A stretch of DNA of 64,000 bases from Eledone cirrhosa (Eukaryota): the NCBI GenBank assembly GCA_964016885.1, contig OZ024740.1:419058001-419122000 (forward strand), read 5' to 3'. This document shows, one piece after another, positions 10,579 to 21,581 of the stretch (its first letter is position 1; every line of letters begins with the position of its first letter). The position numbers and the translations under genes were made by a program. A model generated the notes under the pieces. The model saw nothing but the letters and a program-made list of their open reading frames with translations. It did no database searches and was not told the origin of the DNA.

Positions 10579-12689
10579 TATAGCGAGAATACTGGGTTGT
10601 ATGAATGTAACAAGGAATACATTGTTTGTATGTATAATATTTAATTAACAATGGTAGATAGTATTTTTGACATATCAAAGGAATAGATGTTAGAATGAAG
10701 CAAAGTTAGTAGTTACCGTTTTGATTGCCAGGCAAACGCGGCTGGCAGAGGACGCTTGGCTAAGGCCAGGCGCCTGTTGGCCAAATGAATGGCAGAGCCA
10801 AATGAATGGCAGAGCCAAATGTGAGGCTCTTGACCTGGTGCCGAAAAGGCAATGAGAGAAAGAGTGGTTAAAGTTGTTAGTTTTATAGGGCTCTGACCGG
10901 AAGTTGCAGAAAGGGCTCCACTTCCCGCCTAGATCCTAATCAAAACAAGGGAGACAACCGCTACATAACCTCCCGCCAGAATTTTAGTGTATAAAAATCG
11001 AAATGAAGATATGTAGCAAGTTGGCGAGAATGTTGTAACAGGCATGAAAATTACGACAAAAGAATGTTTGGAAAAATCAATGATAGATATCAAGGTAGCC
11101 AACCGCTCTTGGCCAGAGAACGACTGGACATCCATCTATCCATCACCCAAAGGTACAATGTAATAAAGTAAAAGTAATAGAAGAGCTCAAAGTTCAAATG
11201 TACAAAATATAGTTCACAGGTGTGCAATCACATGACAGCAGGAAAGAAAGTGTGTTCCAGAGAATGAATGCAGGTGGTTTCTGCTCTGTGGTATATCGTG
11301 AAATTTCCAACCTCCGAATGGATTTTCTCACAGGAAGAGAGCTGCAAAAATAAATTCTCTGGCTTTGGTGAAGCTGTGTTGATGTATTGCTGTTGCTGTT
11401 ATATTGCTGTTGCTGCTGCTGTTGTCTCGCTGAGTGAGCGTATTCGGTGTTTAAATTCACAGTAAAAAAAATTTTTTTAGAAAAAATGAGTTGCGCAAAG
11501 TGCTAGAAATAGCAGCCGAAGTTGATGGTCGATGTTGAGAATGCGTTGACCTGGAAGGGTCAAGAGGCCAGCGACCAGAGAAATAAGCATTCCCAATAAA
11601 TGCGCGGTTATCAACGGCAAATTTACATTGTAAATTTATAAACCGGCAAATAGAAGAATATAGCTTAAGGCTGAAGAATCCTTGGCGAGAAATGTTATCT
11701 CTGGCGTGCGGCTATGTCTGTGAGTAGAGACATCTCTGTGAATCGAGAATTTGTGCTGCCTACACGTGCCAATACAAGGTTGAAAAAAATAATATTTCTA
11801 ACGCGCGAGAAAATGATAGTGCAATTTTGAAAGTGACAATGATGAAAAAGAAAGGCTTCACTCAGCATAATTATTGGTGTGAACTTTGGGGAAAAAAAAA
11901 CTTGAACGATGAAGAAAACGATGAACAAAAAGGCAATGGTTCATCGAAAATAAATGTTCCTGTTGAAATGTTTTTTTAAAGAATATCAAATTTCTTTTTT
12001 TTTTTGTGTGTGTTTTGAAAGAGTTCGTTGTAAGAAACGAGAAACATGTATATATATCGTGAAATGCGACAGTTAGTTGATGCGTGAGAGAAAAAAGTCT
12101 GTCTGAACGCGAATTCCACATGTGCGTGTGTGCGTTTGTTTCTTTTACTGAGTATTTTCATAGTTTGTCGATAAATTTACTGTGTATTCGTAATGTTACT
12201 CACACGAAACCAGATGTGCTATTTTTTTCTTTTTTGGGGGTGACCACTTATAGCGATGAACGGCTGCGTGTTCGTATCACGTTAAGGTTACCAATATAGC
12301 GGGTTTACTGGGTCACCAATATAGCGAGAATACTGGGTTGTATGAATGTAACAAGGAATACATTGTTTGTGTGTATAATATTTAATTAACAATGGTAGAT
12401 AGTATTTTTGACATGTCAAAGGAATAGATGTTAGAATGAAGCAAAGTTAGTAGTTACCGTTTTGATTGCCAGGCAAACGCGGCTGGCAGAGGACGCCTGG
12501 CTAAGGCCAGGCGCCTGTTGGCCAAATGAATGGCAGAGCCAAATGTGAGGCTCTTAACCTGGTGCCGAAAAGGCAATGAGAGAAAGAGTGGTTAAAGTTG
12601 TTAGTTTTATAGGGCTCTGACCGGAAGTTGCAGAAAGGGCTCCACTTCCAGCCTAGATCCTAATCAAAACAAGGGAGACAACCGCTACA
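10579..12689 (-). mobile_element. Non-autonomous LTR retrotransposon, copy 2 (LTRs 12320-12689 and 10579-10965; TSD CTGT)
   Basis: Minus-strand TGTAGC...GCTATA LTRs; CTGT at 10575-10578 and 12690-12693; PBS stack 12235-12318; PPT near 10969-10977. Confidence 0.95.
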
Positions 12690-14032
12690 CTGTCTTGACC
12701 GATTGTAGTACCAGTGGGTGAATCAATTGAGTTTTTTTAGTTGAAATACATATAAATGTGTGTCTGTGTGTGTCGGACACACGTACACATAAAGAAGCTG
12801 CTGACATAAATGTGCCTGTCATGCCTGTCTGAATTCCTAAGAGAATTTTCAGTCAGTTGCTGACTTGACCGATTAACCCCACAATTACTACGTAGCGGTT
12901 CTTGCACGTGACTGCTGGACCCGGATGAAACGAAGACGAAGAATTTCCTTGCGTACCGTTTTGTACCACAGATGCGATCTCACCCTGCCTCGTTAATGTT
13001 CTATCGACACCAAAGTTCAACGTTCGGGTGAATAGAATTGAATACAACCACCAACAACATAGCTGGATGACCGATAATCACACCAAACCGGAGTACTGTG
13101 ATCCTTGTGATTTCCAGATATACAACCACTGACACTGTTACGAAGACCAGAAAACCATACTCCATAATATTGAACCAAGTGATTGATTTGTGCGACCAAA
13201 ATAACACCACACACATATTGAACTAGGAATATTGGATCCTCCGTCAATGTCCGGGTGAGCAAAAATAGATTTCTATCTGCATTGGAATTTACGAACTTGT
13301 GCATCTGCTGTGGTGTCAAAAACAAACGCGCATGACCGCACAGATAAACAATGGACTATGCCACGTGGCTTGAACCTGTAAGTGAATTGAAGGTTCTGTA
13401 ACTCTGATACACAGATTATCTATTATTAAGATGTATAAACTTGACATAACTATTATCATCTTATATTCTCTCAACTAATCACATTTGATCATATTTCTCT
13501 ATCCCGTTTTCTCCCCCCATAATTATTATATTTTTATTTTTATTTGAAAAAATCGGTTTTTTTACATTGTGTTTTCCCCTCCAAATATTCGCTTATATTT
13601 CTTTATATATTCTCTATATATATTTTTTTACATATATATATTTTTTTACATATATATATTTTTTAATCTTTATTATTTCCACTTTTATCCTCCTTTATAT
13701 TTTACCTTATTCTTACTTTTATACCTTATTATAGTGTAATCTTCCCCATGCCTTATTATACACTATTAATATATATTGTATGCCCTTTGTGTTTGTGTAG
13801 CCTCTGCACACCCTCTGCACCATACTATCGACGCCACCCCATCTATGGTTCAGCTAACCACTCGACTCCCGGGAATGAATATGACCGCAGCTAGTAAACA
13901 AGGACCCACACCCCACCCTCCCGCACCAAAATTAGACTCATCGTCCCCTACTTTTGCTCTTTACTCTCTTTACTCTTTGTTCTTGAATGTTTGGTTGGTA
14001 GAGTCCATAACACCAATCAAACCCCTTTTATA

Positions 14033-14077
14033 GCTCTGACGAATCCTACGGTTACGTAAGGAAGAAACATTGTAAGC
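14033..14077 (+). ncRNA. Minimal type I hammerhead ribozyme (right arm)
   Basis: gct-CTGACGA-a-tcctacg-gtta-cgtaagga-a-GAAAC-att-GTA-agc, then AATAAA; short stem III as in Penelope-associated hammerheads. Confidence 0.65.
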
Positions 14078-14118
14078 CAATAAAAATCTTTTGATGTTGT
14101 AGACGCTCTTGTGTTCTT

Positions 14119-14178
<60 letters not shown>

Positions 14179-14592
14179 TATCATCATCATATATATATAT
14201 ATATATAAGGAATTTATATCTAGTAACATTTATATACACACAGATGCATACTTATGCTAGCAAATATATAGGTTTTGTCTTATTAACAATGTGGTTCAAT
14301 GCATGGGGTTGCAGAACAATAATATGAGAGACGTAAAATAAGAAAATTATAAAATTAACTTACTTACTAAAAAATCACTTCCAACTAATTAGTTTCTGGA
14401 ATGGAGCCGCTGTCTTAATAACCACTCGCTTTCCACTGATTGACCTCGATGTCACGTGATTGATTCTTTTTGAATTTGCCACGGACGTAGAGGCAGTGAT
14501 TTTCTCAATGCATCGCTATTTCCATTCCACTGAATTATTTTTTAATAAGTTTCCAGTGTCCTCGCTATGCCTGGAGACCTATACGGAAAAAG

Positions 14593-14675
14593 ACTTTCCT
14601 GATGACGGAATGATTTTCAATATGTTTCTTCGGAAAATATATTTACTCCATTCCAGAAACTAATTAGTTGGAAGT
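14593..14675 (+). ncRNA. Type I hammerhead ribozyme
   Basis: actttc-CTGATGA-c-GGAATG..CATTCC-a-GAAAC-taatta-GTT-ggaagt; stems I, II and a palindromic stem III all pair. Confidence 0.8.
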
Positions 14676-15115
14676 GATTTTTTAGTAAGTAAGTTAATTT
14701 TAGAATTTTCTTATTTTACGTCTCTCATATATTGTTCTGCAACCCCATGCATTGAACCACATTGTTAATAAGACAAAACCTATATATTTGCTAGCATTGA
14801 TATGCATCTGTGTGTATATAAATGTTACTAGATATAAATTCCTTATAATTATCTCCAATTCATTTGTCGAGCAATATTTGGCCATGACTGCTACTATGGT
14901 AGTAAGCTAGCCGCTGTCTTAATAACCACTCGCTTTCCACTGATTGACCTCGATGTCACGTGATTGATTCTTTTTGAATTTGCCACGGACGTAGAGGCAG
15001 TGATTTTCTCAATGGCTTGGAATCCAGTCCACGCATCGCTATTTCCATTCCACTGAATTATTTTTTAATAAGTTTCCAGTGTCCTCGCTATGCCTGGAGA
15101 CCTATACGGAAAAAA

Positions 15116-15198
15116 ACTTTCCTGATGACGGAATGATTTTCAATATGTTTCTTCGGAAAATATATTTACTCCATTCCAGAAACTAATTAGTTGGAAGT
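15116..15198 (+). ncRNA. Type I hammerhead ribozyme, second copy
   Basis: Same sequence as 14593-14675, 523 nt downstream. Confidence 0.8.
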
Positions 15199-15243
15199 GA
15201 TTTTTTAGTAAGTAAGTTAATTTTAGAATTTTCTTATTTTACG

Positions 15244-15319
<76 letters not shown>

Positions 15320-15856
15320 ATATTTGGGGAGGGTCATATTTGCGTAATATTGCCAGAATTAATAACAGAACACACTCACTATTTGGTTGGTTTTCGCTTC
15401 TCGCTGTCTTTTATATATATATATCTGCGATCTAACTTACTCGGTCCTCAATGTTGCCATTGACTGACCGGCGGTCAAAAATAATACAGATACAATATAG
15501 ACAAACACATATATATATAGTTTACATAATTTACATAAATCTTTCGTTGCACATCTGCAACATCGTCAGTGGTGTTATATTCATTGTTCCTCCTGTTGTG
15601 TTGTATGTCTACGCCATTTTTTTTGTTCAGTCTGTCTATATATTTATTTATTTATTTGCTTGTTTGTTTATCTTATTTTATTTTGTCTTCTTTGCGCATG
15701 CGTTTGCGTGTGTGTATAGTGTTATGTGTGATGTGTGACTAGTGTGTATAGTGTTGTGTCTGCTGGGTGACTAGTGTGTGTTTATGTGCTTGTGTATGTA
15801 TTTATTTATCTTATTTTATTTATTTTATTTTATTTACTTATTTATTTATACTTCTC

Positions 15857-18800
15857 TTAGGTCAGTGTTGTTTGTTTGGTGTTGTTGTTGTTCCACTCAT
15901 TCTTTCTGTTTAGCTTTGGTCTTCTAATTTCTATTTCACTGGCCTCTCTGATTTGCCTATCTGCTGGGTCATTCCTATGTTTAGATATTATTCTAATTTC
16001 TATGTTGTCTATGTTACCGTCATGTTGTTGTCTAGCATGTTCGTATAGTACTGACCCGTTTTTTCGTCCTTTTAGTTCCCCCCAGTGTTGGTCTATCCTT
16101 TCACCTATGCTACGAGCTGTCTCACCTATGTATGTTGTTGTCGTGTTTCTGCAAGTACCCTCTGTACATCTTATGCTATAGACTACGTTTCTAGTTTTAC
16201 AGTTTATCCGGGGGTTCACCTTACATATGATACATTTCCTATTGGTACAGTGGGTTTTCTTAAAAGGGTAGGTTTTGCTGATCAGGGATTTTATGGTGGT
16301 TCCTGGCTTTTCTACCACCTTTATTTTTAAGTGGGTCTTTCTCAGGGCCTTTCTACACTGGTTAGCTAATTTCCCTCCAGGGGTGGCGTCTACAAACATG
16401 ACACTCTGATATCTCTGGTTGTCGTACCATGATGTGGCCTTCCCTATCTTATGTCTAGCCCTATCTAAGCTATTCCATGATTTGCTCCTGTATAGTGGGC
16501 AAATTCCTTTCATGTCCAGTTCTATGAGGGTCTTATACTTTTCCATGGCTCCTTCGTATACTCTGACTCTGTCTCTTTGGTTGTAGCCAGAGAACTGCAT
16601 GCGGTTGATGAAGTGTTGGATGTGTCCTTCCATTTCTGTTGGGTCGCACATGCTGGACACATTCTTCATCACTCGTACCAAATCTGCGATCAGAATATTA
16701 AACTTAGCACTACTGGACATTGCTGAGTTTTTGAGTATCAGGTATTTGGAGGCCATGGGTTTAGCATAGTGTGAGTGGAGAATTTGGGCTCTCTCGTCTA
16801 TAGTGTTAATCCAGAGTTCTGTGTCTAATACAGGTAGTCTATTGTTAGGGTGTTTGGAAGGGAAGTCTATAGTTACAGTTATACTCTGGTGTATGGAATT
16901 AGCTATCTGCTGGATGCTTTCCATCGTGCTACGTTCTAAATCAAACTTGTTAGTGCTCTCTAGTGGGGGTGTTCTTATAACTATATTGATATCGTCTACA
17001 TAACGAGAGTACATGATGAGGTCTATGGAGCTTTCATTAAGGAGATCTTTAAGTCTCCTTTCCCACCATACCATGAAAAGGTTGGCAACATCACCAGCTA
17101 TGCTGACGCCGATGGCTGCTCCCTCATTTTGGGTGTAGATTTTCTCATTGAACTTAAATATGTGGCCCTTTAGGGTAGTTTTGATACTAGCCCCTATTGC
17201 ATGTGCGACCATTTTTCTTACCTGATCAGTGTTTTGGGGGGTCAGTATAGCTTTGGTCCACCCAATCCACCTTCCTATGGGAGTCTTTTTAGCCATTGAG
17301 GTTATGGTGGGGGGTCTACCTCTTATAGGTCTACTAGGGCAGAAACATCTAAGGTCATGGCTGTCTAGGTAGTCAGTGTCGTAGGTAAGTCTAAGTAGGA
17401 GGCCCAGTTCGTCTGTGTCGACGTCGCAGAACTCCACCTCACTCTCAATGATCATCTCCACACATCTTTTCACAGCAAAATCAATGTTAATGGATGGGTA
17501 CAGTGACACCACATCCATGCTGCCTATTATGCAGTTGGATAGGCTCCTGTTTTTGTTGCACTCACTGATTCTGCTGAGGAGGTCCTCTGTACTTTCACAT
17601 ACATCTGGGGACATCTTGATTATGGGGCGTATAACCATTGAGAGGAAGTAGGAGATCCTGTAGTTGCTAGCTATATTAGCTCCGCATACGGGTCTTGTTG
17701 GTGGTCCTGTTGTCGGGTCGTCGACTGTCTTGTGGTCTTTGCGGAGCCCATACAAGGGTGGTATGCCATTGTTAGACGCCTGGAAGTTGTTGGCAGTGCG
17801 TCTGCTTGGCTTTAGGATGTCAGTCCACATCATCATGTGAGCGTTGAGGATTTTTTCTCTCCCATCGTGTGTTAGTTGTGCAACTTCGCTCGTGTTGGTG
17901 ATGTGGGGTTGCATTGCCTCGATGTAGTTCGGCATGCTATCTATTGACATCCTACCAGACTTATCTGTGGGTAGACACACTACCTCACCATCCCTTGTGC
18001 GCTGCTTGAGGCTAACCAAGCCTTCTACAGGTTTTATCCCAAGTTGTTGGGCCTCTGGTCTGCTCTGTCTCATAGTGTACCTGTCTACTACTTGTCTAAT
18101 CTTATTTCTAGCTATGGTGAACTGTGCCTCCGTCTCGTCATCTATTTGCTGTGGTATGCAAACTCTTTTATTAAAGGGTAACCTCGTAGGATAGATATTA
18201 CCCATCTTATATGTTTTGTCAGCTGGGTTGAAAAATAGTTTCTCTAAGGGGTTGTCGTTATTTCTATCGTCATAGTTGTGTGTGTTGCTATTATTGTTAT
18301 CATGGTGGTTGTTGTTGTTTCTATCATTAGCATTAATATTATTATTGTTATGATTGCTAGATGTATTGTTGTTTACTTCACCGTTATTGTTGTTGTTGTT
18401 ACTGCTATTTCTACCATTGTGGTTGTTACTATTATTATGTTTCTTGTTTTTGTTGATGTTGCTACATGTACTATTTCCATTATTACCACTGTGGTTATTG
18501 TTGTTGTTGTTGTTCGTATTGTTACCGTTATTACTACTGTGGTCACTGTTGCTGTGTCTGTGGTTAACGTTTCTATTATTATTATTATTGTGGTTGTTGT
18601 TGTTCTGTCTATCGCTAGTATTATTACCATTATCACTATTTCTCACTTTCCTGCCATTGTTATGGTTATGGCTGTTATTTCTATACCCAGAGTTATTGTT
18701 TATATTACTACTACCGTTATTATTGTTGTTGTTGTTTACCTTTGCATTCCAACGTATTTTTGTGAAACACTTTTCCAGCTCCGTTTTGCATTCCATAGGG

Positions 18801-19123
18801 TTAATCTTTTTGTAGATGGCAAATTTTGGTGGTAACTTTAGGATTTGTTGTTCTTGTTCACTGATTAAAGTGTTCCCATAGATATTTACTGTGTGGTCAT
18901 TGGTAAATTCTTCCGGTAGTTTTACATCACTCATACGGATGTTGTCGATGTTATCTGGGTATTTTTGAGAATATTCGATTTTCCTTTCTTGTAGTTTTTT
19001 CTTATTCATCCATTCTAATTTCTTCTTGAAATGCCTACAGCATTCGTTTTGAGCATATTTCGTTTCGCGTCGGATGACGCTCATGAAGTCATCTCTCTCG
19101 TTTGCTGTGATGAGATTTCTCAA
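15857..19123 (-). CDS. Penelope-like RT + GIY-YIG endonuclease, 5'-truncated at the inversion junction
   Basis: LPTDKSG, LYGLRKDHK, TRPVC, SMDVVSLY, QNEGAAIG, RYVDD, LPVLD; Cys linker CTNRKCIIC; VVYSIRC..YIGETAR..ER..QH..E..LN; 1088 codons open. Confidence 0.92.
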   Translation of the reverse strand: MRNLITANERDDFMSVIRRETKYAQNECCRHFKKKLEWMNKKKLQERKIEYSQKYPDNIDNIRMSDVKLPEEFTNDHTVNIYGNTLISEQEQQILKLPPKFAIYKKINPMECKTELEKCFTKIRWNAKVNNNNNNNGSSNINNNSGYRNNSHNHNNGRKVRNSDNGNNTSDRQNNNNHNNNNNRNVNHRHSNSDHSSNNGNNTNNNNNNNHSGNNGNSTCSNINKNKKHNNSNNHNGRNSSNNNNNNGEVNNNTSSNHNNNNINANDRNNNNHHDNNNSNTHNYDDRNNDNPLEKLFFNPADKTYKMGNIYPTRLPFNKRVCIPQQIDDETEAQFTIARNKIRQVVDRYTMRQSRPEAQQLGIKPVEGLVSLKQRTRDGEVVCLPTDKSGRMSIDSMPNYIEAMQPHITNTSEVAQLTHDGREKILNAHMMMWTDILKPSRRTANNFQASNNGIPPLYGLRKDHKTVDDPTTGPPTRPVCGANIASNYRISYFLSMVIRPIIKMSPDVCESTEDLLSRISECNKNRSLSNCIIGSMDVVSLYPSINIDFAVKRCVEMIIESEVEFCDVDTDELGLLLRLTYDTDYLDSHDLRCFCPSRPIRGRPPTITSMAKKTPIGRWIGWTKAILTPQNTDQVRKMVAHAIGASIKTTLKGHIFKFNEKIYTQNEGAAIGVSIAGDVANLFMVWWERRLKDLLNESSIDLIMYSRYVDDINIVIRTPPLESTNKFDLERSTMESIQQIANSIHQSITVTIDFPSKHPNNRLPVLDTELWINTIDERAQILHSHYAKPMASKYLILKNSAMSSSAKFNILIADLVRVMKNVSSMCDPTEMEGHIQHFINRMQFSGYNQRDRVRVYEGAMEKYKTLIELDMKGICPLYRSKSWNSLDRARHKIGKATSWYDNQRYQSVMFVDATPGGKLANQCRKALRKTHLKIKVVEKPGTTIKSLISKTYPFKKTHCTNRKCIICKVNPRINCKTRNVVYSIRCTEGTCRNTTTTYIGETARSIGERIDQHWGELKGRKNGSVLYEHARQQHDGNIDNIEIRIISKHRNDPADRQIREASEIEIRRPKLNRKNEWNNNNTKQTTLT

Positions 19124-20916
19124 TGGTTATACGCCCCATAATCAAGATGTCCCCAGATGTATGTGAAAGTACAGAGGACCTCCTCAGCAGAATCAGTGAG
19201 TGCAACAAAAACAGGAGCCTATCCAACTGCATAATAGGCAGCATGGATGTGGTGTCACTGTACCCATCCATTAACATTGATTTTGCTGTGAAAAGATGTG
19301 TGGAGATGATCATTGAGAGTGAGGTGGAGTTCTGCGACGTCGACACAGACGAACTGGGCCTCCTACTTAGACTTACCTACGACACTGACTACCTAGACAG
19401 CCATGACCTTAGATGTTTCTGCCCTAGTAGACCTATAAGAGGTAGACCCCCCACCATAACCTCAATGGCTAAAAAGACTCCCATAGGAAGGTGGATTGGG
19501 TGGACCAAAGCTATACTGACCCCCCAAAACACTGATCAGGTAAGAAAAATGGTCGCACATGCAATAGGGGCTAGTATCAAAACTACCCTAAAGGGCCACA
19601 TATTTAAGTTCAATGAGAAAATCTACACCCAAAATGAGGGAGCAGCCATCGGCGTCAGCATAGCTGGTGATGTTGCCAACCTTTTCATGGTATGGTGGGA
19701 AAGGAGACTTAAAGATCTCCTTAATGAAAGCTCCATAGACCTCATCATGTACTCTCGTTATGTAGACGATATCAATATAGTTATAAGAACACCCCCACTA
19801 GAGAGCACTAACAAGTTTGATTTAGAACGTAGCACGATGGAAAGCATCCAGCAGATAGCTAATTCCATACACCAGAGTATAACTGTAACTATAGACTTCC
19901 CTTCCAAACACCCTAACAATAGACTACCTGTATTAGACACAGAACTCTGGATTAACACTATAGACGAGAGAGCCCAAATTCTCCACTCACACTATGCTAA
20001 ACCCATGGCCTCCAAATACCTGATACTCAAAAACTCAGCAATGTCCAGTAGTGCTAAGTTTAATATTCTGATCGCAGATTTGGTACGAGTGATGAAGAAT
20101 GTGTCCAGCATGTGCGACCCAACAGAAATGGAAGGACACATCCAACACTTCATCAACCGCATGCAGTTCTCTGGCTACAACCAAAGAGACAGAGTCAGAG
20201 TATACGAAGGAGCCATGGAAAAGTATAAGACCCTCATAGAACTGGACATGAAAGGAATTTGCCCACTATACAGGAGCAAATCATGGAATAGCTTAGATAG
20301 GGCTAGACATAAGATAGGGAAGGCCACATCATGGTACGACAACCAGAGATATCAGAGTGTCATGTTTGTGGACGCCACCCCTGGAGGGAAATTAGCTAAC
20401 CAGTGTAGAAAGGCCCTGAGAAAGACCCACTTAAAAATAAAGGTGGTAGAAAAGCCAGGAACCACCATAAAATCCCTGATCAGCAAAACCTACCCTTTTA
20501 AGAAAACCCACTGTACCAATAGGAAATGTATCATATGTAAGGTGAACCCCCGGATAAACTGTAAAACTAGAAACGTAGTCTATAGCATAAGATGTACAGA
20601 GGGTACTTGCAGAAACACGACAACAACATACATAGGTGAGACAGCTCGTAGCATAGGTGAAAGGATAGACCAACACTGGGGGGAACTAAAAGGACGAAAA
20701 AACGGGTCAGTACTATACGAACATGCTAGACAACAACATGACGGTAACATAGACAACATAGAAATTAGAATAATATCTAAACATAGGAATGACCCAGCAG
20801 ATAGGCAAATCAGAGAGGCCAGTGAAATAGAAATTAGAAGACCAAAGCTAAACAGAAAGAATGAGTGGAACAACAACAACACCCAAACAAACAACACTGA
20901 CCTAAGAGAAGTATAA
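19123..20916 (+). CDS. Duplicated 3' half of the same RT/GIY-YIG ORF
   Basis: Protein identical to the C-terminal ~590 aa of 15857-19123 except for a terminal 1-bp indel. Confidence 0.85.
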   Translation: MVIRPIIKMSPDVCESTEDLLSRISECNKNRSLSNCIIGSMDVVSLYPSINIDFAVKRCVEMIIESEVEFCDVDTDELGLLLRLTYDTDYLDSHDLRCFCPSRPIRGRPPTITSMAKKTPIGRWIGWTKAILTPQNTDQVRKMVAHAIGASIKTTLKGHIFKFNEKIYTQNEGAAIGVSIAGDVANLFMVWWERRLKDLLNESSIDLIMYSRYVDDINIVIRTPPLESTNKFDLERSTMESIQQIANSIHQSITVTIDFPSKHPNNRLPVLDTELWINTIDERAQILHSHYAKPMASKYLILKNSAMSSSAKFNILIADLVRVMKNVSSMCDPTEMEGHIQHFINRMQFSGYNQRDRVRVYEGAMEKYKTLIELDMKGICPLYRSKSWNSLDRARHKIGKATSWYDNQRYQSVMFVDATPGGKLANQCRKALRKTHLKIKVVEKPGTTIKSLISKTYPFKKTHCTNRKCIICKVNPRINCKTRNVVYSIRCTEGTCRNTTTTYIGETARSIGERIDQHWGELKGRKNGSVLYEHARQQHDGNIDNIEIRIISKHRNDPADRQIREASEIEIRRPKLNRKNEWNNNNTQTNNTDLREV

Positions 20917-21488
20917 ATAAATAAGTAAATTAAATAAAATAAATAAAATAAGATAAATAAATACATACACAAGCACATAAACACACACTAGTCACCCAGC
21001 AGACACAACACTATACACACTAGTCACACATCACACATAACACTATACACACACGCAAACGCATGCGCAAAGAAGACAAAATAAAATAAGATAAACAAAC
21101 AAGCAAATAAATAAATAAATATATAGACAGACTGAACAAAAAAAATGGCGTAGACATACAACACAACAGGAGGAACAATGAATATAACACCACTGACGAT
21201 GTTGCAGATGTGCAACGAAAGATTTATGTAAATTATGTAAACTATATATATATGTGTTTGTCTATATTGTATCTGTATTATTTTTGACCGCCGGTCAGTC
21301 AATGGCAACATTGAGGACCGAGTAAGTTAGATCGCAGATATATATATATAAAAGACAGCGAGAAGCGAAAACCAACCAAATAGTGAGTGTGTTCTGTTAT
21401 TAATTCTGGCAATATTACGCAAATATGACCCTCCCCAAATATAACAATATCTGTTTCGACACACGATTTCATATAAAAAACCTCGCAA

Positions 21489-21534
<46 letters not shown>

Positions 21535-21581
21535 TATCATCATCATCATCATCATATATATATATATATAATATATATAAT

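Larger units (their letters stand above)
8925..14123. mobile_element. Non-coding Penelope-like element with 914-bp inverted arms (9022-9935 / 13210-14123)
   Basis: Near-identical inverted arms, each ending in a hammerhead core plus AATAAA; (TA)n on both sides; 8925-9021 may be a tail. Family assignment is inferred from architecture only. Confidence 0.7.
14205..15250 (+). mobile_element. Small non-coding hammerhead-bearing element (retrozyme or non-autonomous Penelope-like)
   Basis: Direct repeats 14407-14727 and 14911-15250; 14205-14406 is an inverted copy of ~14646-14846; flanked by (TA)n. Confidence 0.8.
15312..21491. mobile_element. Penelope-like retroelement (probably Neptune-type), head-to-head inverted duplication in (TA)n
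   Basis: Arms 15312-17643 and 19118-21450 are nearly identical inverted repeats; unique spacer 17644-19117; 41-bp tail 21451-21491. Confidence 0.95.

Noticed and set aside
18278-18835. Hydrophobic Leu/Val/Ile-rich ORFs
   Set aside because: Antisense shadows of the Asn-rich tract.
21193-21220. Intact hammerhead in the large Penelope terminus
   Set aside because: CTGACGA, stem II and GAAA are present, but no convincing stems I/III were found; kept only as a degenerate core.
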